This document shows positions 1 to 10,673 of a DNA stretch of 64,000 bases, piece by piece. Both the position numbers and the translations under genes were made by a program. A model generated the notes under the pieces. The model did not search any database and had not been told where the DNA came from. It saw only the letters and a program-made list of their open reading frames with translations. The DNA comes from Terriglobia bacterium. Its GTDB lineage: Bacteria > Acidobacteriota > Polarisedimenticolia > Polarisedimenticolales > JAIQFR01. How positions within the stretch are numbered: the stretch's first letter is position 1; each line of letters starts with the position of its first letter. The stretch is taken from the NCBI GenBank assembly GCA_963748015.1, contig CAVVHE010000004.1:96001-160000 (forward strand). The letters run 5' to 3'.

Positions 1-666
1 GACGTCGATCGAGCTTTCTCCCTCCGACGGCCGGATCCTCCGCAGGTGGAAGCCGAAGCAGCGCGTGCCCGGGGTGGGGGAGACGCCGACCTCGAACACG
101 TCGGCTCCCTCGCGGACCCGAACGAGGCGGCAGCAGATCTCGACCTCGCCCCCTTCCTCCATGCCGCTCCAGAGCCCCTCCGACAGGACGTGCTCGAATC
201 GCTGCTGGTGGTAGGGGCCGTCGCGCACCGAGCGGCAGTGCTCGATGTCGAAGAGGAGCTTGGCCAGGTAGAGCTTGCGCTGCGCCTCGTAGCGCGTCCG
301 CGGGTCGGCCCCCTCGAACGCGGCCCGGAACAGCTGCGGCATGTCGTTCAGGTGGCGCGTCCGCGCCTGGGGCTCGAGATGCCGCTCCAGCGAGTCGGGG
401 ACGAGCCGGAGCAGGTCGTCGAGGTACCTGTCGGCGTCCCGGTAGATCGGCTCGAGCGGGAGCGGGGCCGTGGACGCGCTCCCCGCCGGGCGCGAGTACG
501 AGGAGACCATTCTCGCCGCCGCGTCCGGCTCTTGCAGGAGCTTCCGCCAGACGGCGACCCACACGCGCGCGATCCCCGGCGCGTGGCTCGGCAGGCGCGG
601 ATCCAGCAGCGGGTGGGCGCGGTACGCCGCGGGAAACTCGCGGGACCGGGCCGCCGCCTCGACCAT
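1..666 (-). CDS. hypothetical protein, 5' part (runs off the window edge)
   Basis: Not in the ORF track. My own translation of the minus strand from ATG 666 (MVEAAARSREFPAAYRAHPLL...LYLAKLLFDIEHC...) is open to base 1, with GC3-rich codons and GGAGG upstream. Confidence 0.7.
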   Translation of the reverse strand, partial: MVEAAARSREFPAAYRAHPLLDPRLPSHAPGIARVWVAVWRKLLQEPDAAARMVSSYSRPAGSASTAPLPLEPIYRDADRYLDDLLRLVPDSLERHLEPQARTRHLNDMPQLFRAAFEGADPRTRYEAQRKLYLAKLLFDIEHCRSVRDGPYHQQRFEHVLSEGLWSGMEEGGEVEICCRLVRVREGADVFEVGVSPTPGTRCFGFHLRRIRPSEGESSIDV

Positions 667-723
667 CGCGCGCCCTCCGTTCTCCCGACGGTACCGCCCC
701 CGCCTTTCCCGAGTCAACCCGTC

Positions 724-925
724 GCCGTCTCGGCTCTCGCCCGTGGCTCCCCTTGCGGCTCCTGTCCGGAGCGACGGGGACCCCTACACGGCCGCGCGAA
801 GGACCGAGCGCGATGGCGCTAGGGTCCGCGCCATCGCGTTTGCTCGGTTCGAGCGCGGCCGATGTGGGTCGTCGCGGGGGACCGGAGCCGCAAGGGGAGC
901 CACCGGCGAGAGCCGAGCGCACGGC
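724..925. repeat. ~200-bp imperfect inverted repeat (long rod-like hairpin); possible ncRNA or MITE/REPIN relic
   Basis: Nested pairings: ctcggctctcgcc/ggcgagagccgag, gtggctccccttgcggctcc/ggagccgcaaggggagccac, cggccgcgc/gcgcggccg, gcgatggcgc/gcgccatcgc; terminal loop tagggtcc. Confidence 0.8.
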
Positions 926-1076
926 TGCCGAGAGACCGTTGCCGGATGCAGACGGCACTCGAAATGGATCGTGAAGGGCCGGGTCCGCACTTTCCTGCGT
1001 GTCGTGCTACGCTGACGGATTCCCGCAGGACGAGTTGGGCGACGGCGTCGCCCGAAACGCGAAAAGGAGAGGCAGC

Positions 1077-1577
1077 ATGGCGACCGTGACGCTGAAGGGC
1101 AACCCGATTCAGACCATCGGCAATTTGCCGGCCGTGGGCAGCCACGCCCCCGACTTCCGGCTGGCCGGCGGCGACCTCAAGGACGCAACCCTCGCGACCT
1201 TCAAGGGCAAGAAGAAGGTCCTGAACATCGTTCCCAGCCTCGATACCGCGGTCTGCGCGACCTCGACCCGGAAGTTCAACGAGAAGGCCGGGAGCCACCC
1301 GGACACGGTGGTCCTGATCGTGTCGGCGGACCTCCCGTTCGCGTCCAAGCGGTTCTGCACGGCCGAGGGTCTCGAGAACGTGGTGCCGCTGTCGCTGATG
1401 CGCGGCCGGGACTTCGCCAAGGCCTACGGCGTCCTGATCACCGACGGGCCGCTCGAGGGAGTCACCGCGCGCGCCGTCGTGGTGCTCGACGCGGGCGACA
1501 AGGTCGTCTACACCGAGCTGGTCCCCGAGATCACGCAGGAGCCGAACTACGACGCGGCCCTCGCGGCGCTGAAGTAG
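1077..1577 (+). CDS. tpx: thiol peroxidase (atypical 2-Cys peroxiredoxin)
   Basis: [10 protein letters not shown] start, PSLDTAVCA (peroxidatic Cys), [13 protein letters not shown]-terminal [16 protein letters not shown]. Confidence 0.95.
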   Translation: MATVTLKGNPIQTIGNLPAVGSHAPDFRLAGGDLKDATLATFKGKKKVLNIVPSLDTAVCATSTRKFNEKAGSHPDTVVLIVSADLPFASKRFCTAEGLENVVPLSLMRGRDFAKAYGVLITDGPLEGVTARAVVVLDAGDKVVYTELVPEITQEPNYDAALAALK

Positions 1578-1640
1578 GCGGCGGGCCCGGGCGCGAGCGC
1601 CAGGCGCGGGGCGGCCGCCCCCGCGCTTGGCCCTCCGGCG

Positions 1641-2540
1641 TCAGGGCGCGGCGCCGTTTCCCGCCTTCCCGCCCTGCAACCCTTCCGCCGCCTTCCCGTG
1701 GAGCTCTATGGTCACGTGGCGGAACGGGATCTCGATCCCGCTCTCGTCGAACGCCTTCTTGACCCGGGCTCGCACCTCGCGCGCCACGTCCCACCTCTCC
1801 TGCGGCAGGGTGCGGACGCTCATCCTCACGACCACCGCCCACTCGCCAAAGGTCTCGATCCCCGGGTACTCGAACTTCTGAAGCAGCTTCTTTCCGAAGA
1901 CCGGGTCTTGTTCGAGGCCGTCGCCGACGCGCCTGAGCACCGAAAGCACGCGATCCATGTCCTCGCCGTACGGCACGCCGACGTCGAGCACCGCGACCGA
2001 CCACTCCCTGGTGTAATTCGTCACGACCGAGATGGCGCCGTTCGGGATGACGTGGACGCGTCCCTCGGCGTCGCGCAGCAGGGTCGTCCTGAGGTTGATC
2101 GCCTCCACCTTGCCGCTGACGCCGGCGACGCCGATGACGTCGTGGACCCTGAATTGGTTCTCGAGGAGGATGAAGAAGCCGCCGATCACGTCCTTCACGA
2201 GCGTCTGGGCGCCCAACCCCACCGCGATGCCGGCGATGCCGGCGCCCGCCAGGATCGGCCCGATGGAGATCCCCAGCTCGCTCAGGACGAGCATCGCCGC
2301 CGTGCCCCAGACGAAGACCCCGATCGCCTGGCGCAGGATCCGCCCCAAAGTCGCGGCGCGCTTCTCGAGCTCGGACTGGGTCGCGGGATCGCCGTCGTCC
2401 GCGAGCTTCTCGAGGCGCCGGACGAGCTTGTTCAGCAGCTTGATCGTGACGTAGGCGGCCACCGGGATCAGGACGATCCGGAAGGCGTTCGGCACGTGGG
2501 CCGCGCCCCATTCCGTCAGCCGGGCCACGACAGGTTGCAC
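1641..2540 (-). CDS. small-conductance mechanosensitive channel (MscS family)
   Basis: TM helices, LAGAGIAGIAVGLGAQTLVKD, G-x-VE-x-I-x-LRTT and IPNG motifs. Confidence 0.9.
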   Translation of the reverse strand: MQPVVARLTEWGAAHVPNAFRIVLIPVAAYVTIKLLNKLVRRLEKLADDGDPATQSELEKRAATLGRILRQAIGVFVWGTAAMLVLSELGISIGPILAGAGIAGIAVGLGAQTLVKDVIGGFFILLENQFRVHDVIGVAGVSGKVEAINLRTTLLRDAEGRVHVIPNGAISVVTNYTREWSVAVLDVGVPYGEDMDRVLSVLRRVGDGLEQDPVFGKKLLQKFEYPGIETFGEWAVVVRMSVRTLPQERWDVAREVRARVKKAFDESGIEIPFRHVTIELHGKAAEGLQGGKAGNGAAP

Positions 2541-2562
2541 GGCAGGTTCCTCCGGGAGCGTC

Positions 2563-3447
2563 TTAACCGCGGTCGGCCCCGCGGGAAGGAAGAAACGGGG
2601 CCAGGCCTTCGCGGAAGGACGGCCAGGCGAGGGTCAGTCCCAGCTCGGATCGCGTCGAAGCGCCCAGGATCCTGCGGTTCGCTCCGCGCCGCCCGCCGGG
2701 GAACGGGGCGCTCGCTTCCGGGTACCGCGGCGCCGGAATACCGAGGCGCGCGGCGATCCACTCGATCACCTCGGCCCGGGGGGCCGGGTGCGCGTCGGTC
2801 GCGTGGTAGATCCCGCCCGGACGCCCCCGGTCCATCGCGGCGATCACGGTCGCGACCGCGTCGTCGAGATGGCAGAAGTTCATGAAGACGCCGTCGCCGG
2901 GGCCGAGCGCGAGAACGCCCCGGCGGACGCGGTCGATCGTTCCCGTCCGGCCCGGACCGTACAGGCCGCTCAGACGGACGATCCGGGAGGGGAGGCCGGA
3001 TGCCGCGGCGTCGAGGACGAGCCGCTCCGCCTCCCCCAGGACCTCGGCCGAATCCCCCGCGGGGGAGGGTGGCGTCGCCTCGTCTACCTCGCCGCCGTCC
3101 CGCTGGCCGAAGACCCCCGTCGAGCCGGTGTACACGAAGGACCGGACCGGAAGGCTTCGCGAGGCCTCGAGGAGATTCGCGGTCGCCTCGACGTACGCGG
3201 CGCGATAGGCCTCGCGCGAGTCGTCGTGGGCGGACTGGCAGGCGACGATGGCCTCGACGTCCGGCGGGATCGAGGCCGCTTGGCGAGGGTCGCCGAGATC
3301 CGCGATCAGGGGCTCGATCCCGAGGAAACGGAGCTCGGCCGCGGCGGCCGGATTCCGGCGCACGCCGGTCACGCGGTCCCCACGCGCCACCAGCGCTTGC
3401 CCCAGCGCCTTGCCGAGCCACCCGCATCCTGCGATCAGTATCTTCAT
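2563..3447 (-). CDS. NAD-dependent epimerase/dehydratase (atypical SDR, YeeZ-like)
   Basis: MKILIAGCGWLG Rossmann motif, YTGSTGVFG, VRLSGLYGPGR, NFCHLDD; real start is ATG 3447 inside the longer ORF. Confidence 0.85.
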   Translation of the reverse strand: MKILIAGCGWLGKALGQALVARGDRVTGVRRNPAAAAELRFLGIEPLIADLGDPRQAASIPPDVEAIVACQSAHDDSREAYRAAYVEATANLLEASRSLPVRSFVYTGSTGVFGQRDGGEVDEATPPSPAGDSAEVLGEAERLVLDAAASGLPSRIVRLSGLYGPGRTGTIDRVRRGVLALGPGDGVFMNFCHLDDAVATVIAAMDRGRPGGIYHATDAHPAPRAEVIEWIAARLGIPAPRYPEASAPFPGGRRGANRRILGASTRSELGLTLAWPSFREGLAPFLPSRGADRG

Positions 3448-3537
3448 CGTCAGGAGCCCGTCCGGGCCGAGAGCGTCCGGAGACGGCCCTTTTTCGGGCC
3501 GGCGAGGACGCTCTCGGCCCGGACGGGCTCCTGACGA
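3447..3537. repeat. perfect 32-bp inverted repeat with 27-bp spacer
   Basis: 3447-3478 tcgtcaggagcccgtccgggccgagagcgtcc is the exact reverse complement of 3506-3537; spacer holds a small cggccc/gggccg stem. Confidence 0.9.
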
Positions 3538-3606
3538 GGGTAGCACGCGGCCGAGGTGACGAAACGCCCCGCCGGGCCTATGCTTCTCCTGACAGGGAGG
3601 CGTCTC

Positions 3607-4194
3607 GTGAGGCGTTTTGCGGCGGTCGCGGCGGTGCTCGCGCTGGCGGCGACGGCGGCGCGGGCCGGCGCGGACCTCGTGCTCCTCGACGGCAAGCTGC
3701 TCCAGGGGCGCTCGGTCGAGCGGAAGGAGGGCGCCTACCTCCTCACGACGAGCTTCGGCAACGTGATCACGGTGCCCGTGGAGCTGGTCAAGGAGATGCG
3801 GCTGACCGGCGGCGATGCCGCGCCCCCCACCGGCCTGGTCTTCTCGGCGCCGAGGACCCTCGCGGGGCCGGAGTTGGTTATTCCCGGCCGGCGCGAGCAG
3901 CTCGCGGCGTTCGGCCGCCCGCCGGCGCTCTTCCAGGGGTCGCCGATGACCGGGCGATGGTATCCGCGGGACGCGTTCGAGGGGAAGGACGCGACGAACT
4001 TCAACCCCGTCACGTGGGCGAAGACGACGATCGATCCCGTGTGGTGGCCGGTGCCGGGGTTCTCCAAGACGACCGAGGTCACCGGGTTCCGTCCCGCCCG
4101 GTGGTTCCGCGCCTCGATCGATCCCGTCTGGCGGCCCCGAGACGGGTTCGCCCCCCGCGAGTGGCTCGCCCCGGTCGTCAAGCCCCGCGAATAG
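3607..4194 (+). CDS. hypothetical exported protein with Trp/Pro-rich C-terminal repeats
   Basis: GTG after GGGAGG; signal peptide RRFAAVAAVLALAATAARA; repeated IDPVW-x-P-x2-GF motif. Confidence 0.7.
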   Translation: MRRFAAVAAVLALAATAARAGADLVLLDGKLLQGRSVERKEGAYLLTTSFGNVITVPVELVKEMRLTGGDAAPPTGLVFSAPRTLAGPELVIPGRREQLAAFGRPPALFQGSPMTGRWYPRDAFEGKDATNFNPVTWAKTTIDPVWWPVPGFSKTTEVTGFRPARWFRASIDPVWRPRDGFAPREWLAPVVKPRE

Positions 4195-4260
4195 TCCCCT
4201 TCGTTCGGGCCGGCCTGGGCGCTCTGGGCTACAATCACCCGCTCCCGGAGGTGCGACCGC

Positions 4261-5256
4261 GTGAATTTCGCCATCGAGGCCTTCCAGATCGAGAAGACCT
4301 TCGTCAAGAAGCGGTCGGTCAACGAGCTCTTCAAGCATCCCTTCCGCCGCGCGGAGCGGATCCAGGCCCTTCGCGGCGTGGACCTCCACGTTCAGAAGGG
4401 CGAAATCTTCGGCCTTCTGGGACCGAACGGCGCCGGGAAGACCACCCTCCTCAAGATCCTGTCGTGTCTGGTCCTCCCCGATCGCGGCAGGGCGGTGGTC
4501 GCCGGCGAGGACGTGGTCCACGAGGGGAAGGTCAAGCCGAAGATCGGCCTCGTCCACACCGACGAGCGGTCGTTCTACTGGAGACTGTCGGGCCGCGAGA
4601 ACCTGGACTTCTTCTCACAACTCTACGACGTCCCCAGAAGGCGCAGCAAGGCACGGATCAACGAGCTGCTCGAGCGGGTGGACATGGTGGAGCCCGCCGA
4701 CCGGCGGTTCGCGGACTACTCGTCCGGCATGAAGCAGCGGCTCGCCATCGCCCGGGCGCTCCTGCACGATCCCCCGATCCTGCTGATGGACGAGCCGACG
4801 CGGAGCCTCGATCCGGCCTCCGCGATGGCGCTGCGGACCTTCATCCGCGACGAGCTGAAGGCGCGCGACGGCAAGACGGTCCTCCTCGCGACCCACAACC
4901 TGCGCGAGGCCGAGACGATGTGCGATCGGGTGGCGATCCTGGTGAAGGGGAAGGTTCGGGAGATCGGCACCGTCGAGGAGGTCCGGCGCTGGGGGATCAA
5001 CGATCGGCGGTTCCGCCTCGAGGTGGCCGGCTGGCCGGCCGAGGCGTCCGGGCCGTTCCACGTGGTGTCCGACGAGCCGCTCAACGGAATCCGGCGGGTC
5101 ACCGTCGCCCTCGACGGCGACGCTCGTCTCGACGACGTGCTGCGCGTTCTCCTTTCGGCCGGCGCCGTCGTTCACGCCTGCGACCGGGTCGAGCCGGACC
5201 TCGAGGATGCGTTCTCGCGCATCCTGCAGAGCGAGGCGGCGGGGGAGAAATCGTGA
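4261..5256 (+). CDS. ABC transporter ATP-binding protein (ABC-2/DrrA-like)
   Basis: Walker A GPNGAGKTT, signature YSSGMKQR, Walker B LLMDEPT. Confidence 0.92.
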   Translation: MNFAIEAFQIEKTFVKKRSVNELFKHPFRRAERIQALRGVDLHVQKGEIFGLLGPNGAGKTTLLKILSCLVLPDRGRAVVAGEDVVHEGKVKPKIGLVHTDERSFYWRLSGRENLDFFSQLYDVPRRRSKARINELLERVDMVEPADRRFADYSSGMKQRLAIARALLHDPPILLMDEPTRSLDPASAMALRTFIRDELKARDGKTVLLATHNLREAETMCDRVAILVKGKVREIGTVEEVRRWGINDRRFRLEVAGWPAEASGPFHVVSDEPLNGIRRVTVALDGDARLDDVLRVLLSAGAVVHACDRVEPDLEDAFSRILQSEAAGEKS

Positions 5257-6059
5257 TCCGCAGCCTCGGCAAGCTCCTGGCCTTCCTGAAGCGGGACTTC
5301 CAATCGGAGGTCTCGTACCGGATCGCGTTCCTGTTCCAGGTGGGGGGGATGCTGTTCTCGGTCGCGGCGTTCTACTTCTTCTCGAAGATGATGAACCCGA
5401 AGACCGAAGGGCTCGACGGGATGGATCCCTTCCCCTGGATGCTCGTCGGGCTGGCCTTCCAGTACTACTTTTCCACCGCGCTGTACGCGTTCTCCGCGAA
5501 GATGCGGAGCGAGCAGATGCTGGGAACGCTCGAGGCGATGCTGGTCTCGCCGACGCCGACCTCGATCGTGATCTTCTCGGAGGCTGCCTGGGATTTCGCC
5601 TACGGGGCGATCCGCGTGGCCGTCTACCTGCTCGTCGCGACCCTGATCTTCGGCGTCAAGCTGCACCTGAACAGCCTGGGAACGCTCGCGGCGGGCGTCC
5701 TCCTCACCCTACTGTCGTCCGCGGGGCTGGGGATCCTCTCGGCCTCCTTCATTCTCTACTTCAAGCGCGGCGACCCGATCAACTTCTTCCTCTCGGCGCT
5801 GACGACGTTCTTCGGCAACGTGTTCTTCCCGTCGAAGCTCCTTCCCGCCTCCCTCCACTGGGTGTCCGGCCTGCTGCCGATCACCTGGTCCCTCGAGATC
5901 GTCCGCGGGTCGCTCCTCCAGGGGAAGACCTTCACGGACCTGCGGCAGGACCTCGTGAACCTCGCGATCCTCACCGTGATCCTGCTCCCCCTCGGGCTGT
6001 TCTTCTCCCGGATCGCGATCCGGAAGGCCAAGCGGGACGGTTCGCTCGTCCAGTATTGA
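5253..6059 (+). CDS. ABC-2 type transporter permease
   Basis: GTGA overlap with the ATPase stop; about 6 hydrophobic helices; EQMLGTLEAMLVSP and VFFP...LP motifs. Confidence 0.88.
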   Translation: MIRSLGKLLAFLKRDFQSEVSYRIAFLFQVGGMLFSVAAFYFFSKMMNPKTEGLDGMDPFPWMLVGLAFQYYFSTALYAFSAKMRSEQMLGTLEAMLVSPTPTSIVIFSEAAWDFAYGAIRVAVYLLVATLIFGVKLHLNSLGTLAAGVLLTLLSSAGLGILSASFILYFKRGDPINFFLSALTTFFGNVFFPSKLLPASLHWVSGLLPITWSLEIVRGSLLQGKTFTDLRQDLVNLAILTVILLPLGLFFSRIAIRKAKRDGSLVQY

Positions 6060-6162
6060 CGCCCCGCGGCGGCCCCCCTCGCGGCATGGGCGAACTCCGG
6101 CCGATTTCCGCTAGAATGCCCCCCTTCGGGTTTCGTCAAAAAACCGCAACGAGGAGGAGACC

Positions 6163-7404
<1,242 letters not shown>

Positions 7405-7453
7405 GCGGGGAAGCGGCGTTCGCGGCAGCGCCGCGGAACGGAAGCCACACGCC

Positions 7454-8380
7454 ATGAGGAAGAAGATCGCCGTGATCGGCGGCGGGTACGTCGGCGAGCA
7501 CGTGGCCGCCGCCTGCGCCCAGAGGGAGTTGGGGGACCTGGTCCTCCTGGACGTCCTCGAGGGAATACCGCAGGGGAAGGCCCTCGACCTGTTCGAGTCG
7601 AGCCCCGTGTTCGGCTTCGACTCGATGGTGAGGGGGACGACCGCCTACCACGACACCCGGGACTCGGACATCGTCGTGATCACCGCCGGGCTCGGGCGCA
7701 AGCCCGGTATGAGCCCCGACGACCTCCTCCGCAAGAACGCGGAGATCGTCCAGTCGTGCGCCGAGCAGGTCAGGACCACTTCGCCCGGGGCGCTCGTCAT
7801 CGTCGTCTCGGATCCGCTCGACGCCATGGCGTACGTGGCGAAGGCGGTGACCGGCTTCCCGAGGGAGCGGGTCGTCGGGATGGCCGGGATCCTCGACACG
7901 GCGCGGTTCCGCGCCTTCATCGCCATGGAGCTCGACGTTTCGGTCGAGAGCGTCCAGGCGCTGGTGCTCGGCGGCCAGGGCGACTCGATGGTGCCGCTCC
8001 CGCGCCTGGCTACGGTGGGCGGGATCCCCCTCGCGGAGCTGCTCTCCGCCGAGAGGATCGACGGGCTGGTGAAGCGCACCGTCGGCGGCGGCGGCGAGAT
8101 CGTCGCGCTCCTCAAGACCGGGTCGGCCTACCACGCCCCCGGCGCCGCGGTCGTCGAGATGGTCGAGTCCGTCGTGAAGGACAAGAGGAAGATCCTTCCC
8201 TGTTCCGCCTGGCTCGAGGGGGAATACGGGATCGACGGCGTTTTCGTGGGCGTTCCGGTGCTGCTCGGCGCGAACGGGATGGAGCGCGTCGTCGAGGTGC
8301 GGCTCGAGGCCGGCGAGCTCGAGGCCCTGCGGACCTCGGCCGGGCGCGTGAAGGCGACCCAGGCTCGGCTGAAGCTCTGA
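7454..8380 (+). CDS. mdh: malate dehydrogenase-like protein (LDH-like MDH fold) with substituted catalytic residues
   Basis: Full-length MDH similarity ([32 protein letters not shown]) but SPDDL, SDPLD and GGQGD replace SRDDL, NPLD and GGHGD. Confidence 0.85.
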   Translation: MRKKIAVIGGGYVGEHVAAACAQRELGDLVLLDVLEGIPQGKALDLFESSPVFGFDSMVRGTTAYHDTRDSDIVVITAGLGRKPGMSPDDLLRKNAEIVQSCAEQVRTTSPGALVIVVSDPLDAMAYVAKAVTGFPRERVVGMAGILDTARFRAFIAMELDVSVESVQALVLGGQGDSMVPLPRLATVGGIPLAELLSAERIDGLVKRTVGGGGEIVALLKTGSAYHAPGAAVVEMVESVVKDKRKILPCSAWLEGEYGIDGVFVGVPVLLGANGMERVVEVRLEAGELEALRTSAGRVKATQARLKL

Positions 8381-8486
8381 ATCGAGACGGGGCCGGCCGT
8401 TTCCGATGCTGCGCGCCCCCGGGCGGGCGAGGTACACTGCGCCTTCGCGCCCGGGACGAAAACGTGCCCGGCCGCCAGAGGTCGCC

Positions 8487-10625
8487 ATGACGTGCCCGCG
8501 CCGGGTTCTCCTCTCCCTGGTTCTTGCCGCCGTATCCGCGGTGGTCGTCGCTGCCGAGACGCCGGCCGCTCCGGCCGCGCCATCGCTCCGGATCGCGGCG
8601 AAGCTCACCCCCGACGCGCACCGGATCGAGGCGACGGCTTCCATGGAGCTCCGGGACATGGGGCCGAACGAGCCGGTGTTCGAGCTCCACCCGGGACTCA
8701 CCGTTCGCGAGATCCTCGTGGACGGCGACCCGGTGCCGGTCGACGTCACCACGCAGGCCGGAAAGGGAGGGAGGGCGCGCGTGGCGGTGCGGCTGGCGGC
8801 CGCGCGCCCGGGCAGCCACCGCTACGACGTGCGCTACGACGGCGCGATCTTCGACCCGCCGAGCGTCGCTCAGTTCTCCCGCGAGCGGATCGCCGACCAG
8901 AGCGAGGGGACCATCCAGGCCGAAGGGGTGTTCCTGGCGCCGACTTCCGCCTGGTACCCGCGGCCCTCAGTCGCGCCGGCGGGCACCGCGCGGGTCGAGG
9001 TGAGCCTTCCCCCGGGCTGGGAGGCGGTCACCGAGGGGAGCCTGAAGACCCGCGAGGAGACCCCCTCGGGAACGAAGACGGTGTTCGAGGGGAGGCTGCC
9101 CAAGGACGGGCTCAACCTCGCCGCGGGTACCTGGAAGCGAATCGAGCGCGACCACCGCGGGATCAAGGTCGCGGCGTACCTGTTCCCCGACGACACCGAC
9201 CTCGCCGAGCCTTACCTCTCCGCCGTCGAGCGCTACCTCGACATGTACTCCGAGTGGCTCGGCCCCTACGCCTACGACCGCTTCACGGTCGTGGAGAACT
9301 TCTTCCCGACCGGCTACGGGATGCCCGGCTTCACGCTTCTCGGCCGCGAGGTGATGCGCCTGCCGTTCATCATCGGCACGTCGCTCGGGCACGAGGTCGC
9401 CCACAACTGGTGGGGGAACGGCGTGTTCGTGGACGAGTCGGGCGGGAACTGGTGCGAGGGGCTGACGACCTACGTCGCGGACTACCACTACAAGGAGCTG
9501 GAGAGCCCCGCGGCCGCCGCGGAGTACCGCCGCGAGGCCGCGCGCGATTTCACGAACTACGCCTCGGAGCCCGGGCGGGATTTCCCGCTCACCGGCTTCA
9601 CCGAGCGCTCGACCCCCGCGACACGCGCGATCGGCTACGGGAAGTCCATGATGGTTTTCCAGATGGTCGAGCAGCGGATCGGGAAGGCGAAGTTCGACGC
9701 GGCGCTCCGCCGGGTCTACCGCGAGCGGTTGTTCGGCTCGGCGTCGTGGGACACCTGGCGCGAGGCGTTCTCGCGCGAGGCGGGGCAGGACCTCGCCCCG
9801 TTCTTCGATGCCTGGGTGAAACGGCCGGGTGCGCCGCGGCTGACGCTCGCGGGCGCGGCCGTGGCGGAGGAGCGCGACGGGAGCGAGGTCCGCTTCAAGG
9901 TGACCGGCCGGCTCGCGCAGGAAGGCGGGACCTGGCCCGCCCGCGTTCCCGTGCTGCTGGAGGGCGGGGGCAAGGTCGAGCGCGGCGTCGTGGACATCGT
10001 CAAGGCGGGCGCGGAATTCGAGCTGTCGCCGCCGTTCCGGCCGGAAGTCCTCCGCGTGGACCCGGACCAGAACGTGTTTCGCCGGCTCGATCCGGCGGAG
10101 ATCCCGCCGGTGCTCTCGCTGCTCCTCGGCGATCCCAAGACGCTGTTCGTCGTGGACGACGCCGCGGGGGCGGACGCGGTGAAGGCGTACCGCGAGATGG
10201 CCGCCACCCTGACGCGGACGGGGGAGGGGGAGGTGGTGGATGCTTCGGCCGTGAAGCCCGACGCTCTTACCGGGCGGGCGGTGTTCCTCCTGGGGCTCCC
10301 TTCCGGAGACGTCTTCAAGCCGTTGCTGGGCGCGCTCCCGAAGGAAGTCGAGGTCGCCCCGTCGCGTTTCGCGGCGCAGGGAACCGAGTACAAGCAGGAA
10401 GGGGCGGCGCTTCTCGCGGTGGGCCGAAAGCCCGACGACCCGGCCCGGGGCGTGGGCGTGTTCGCAGGCCTGTCGCCCGAGGCGATCAAGGCCGCCGGCA
10501 GGAAGCTCGTCCACTACGGGAAGTACTCGTACCTCGTCTTCGTGGACGGGACCAACAAGGCCAAGGGGGTGGCGCGGGTGGACGGCGGCCCGTTGGTGGT
10601 ACGATTCGACAAGACGACGAAATAA
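8487..10625 (+). CDS. secreted M1-family zinc aminopeptidase
   Basis: Signal peptide; HEVAHNWW followed by downstream Glu (NWCEGL); GYGMP in the GAMEN position; IGYGK Tyr. Confidence 0.85.
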   Translation: MTCPRRVLLSLVLAAVSAVVVAAETPAAPAAPSLRIAAKLTPDAHRIEATASMELRDMGPNEPVFELHPGLTVREILVDGDPVPVDVTTQAGKGGRARVAVRLAAARPGSHRYDVRYDGAIFDPPSVAQFSRERIADQSEGTIQAEGVFLAPTSAWYPRPSVAPAGTARVEVSLPPGWEAVTEGSLKTREETPSGTKTVFEGRLPKDGLNLAAGTWKRIERDHRGIKVAAYLFPDDTDLAEPYLSAVERYLDMYSEWLGPYAYDRFTVVENFFPTGYGMPGFTLLGREVMRLPFIIGTSLGHEVAHNWWGNGVFVDESGGNWCEGLTTYVADYHYKELESPAAAAEYRREAARDFTNYASEPGRDFPLTGFTERSTPATRAIGYGKSMMVFQMVEQRIGKAKFDAALRRVYRERLFGSASWDTWREAFSREAGQDLAPFFDAWVKRPGAPRLTLAGAAVAEERDGSEVRFKVTGRLAQEGGTWPARVPVLLEGGGKVERGVVDIVKAGAEFELSPPFRPEVLRVDPDQNVFRRLDPAEIPPVLSLLLGDPKTLFVVDDAAGADAVKAYREMAATLTRTGEGEVVDASAVKPDALTGRAVFLLGLPSGDVFKPLLGALPKEVEVAPSRFAAQGTEYKQEGAALLAVGRKPDDPARGVGVFAGLSPEAIKAAGRKLVHYGKYSYLVFVDGTNKAKGVARVDGGPLVVRFDKTTK

Positions 10626-10673
10626 TCTTGGGACGGTAACGGGGGCGCCGAGCCTGCGGCGCGAGGAGGAGAC

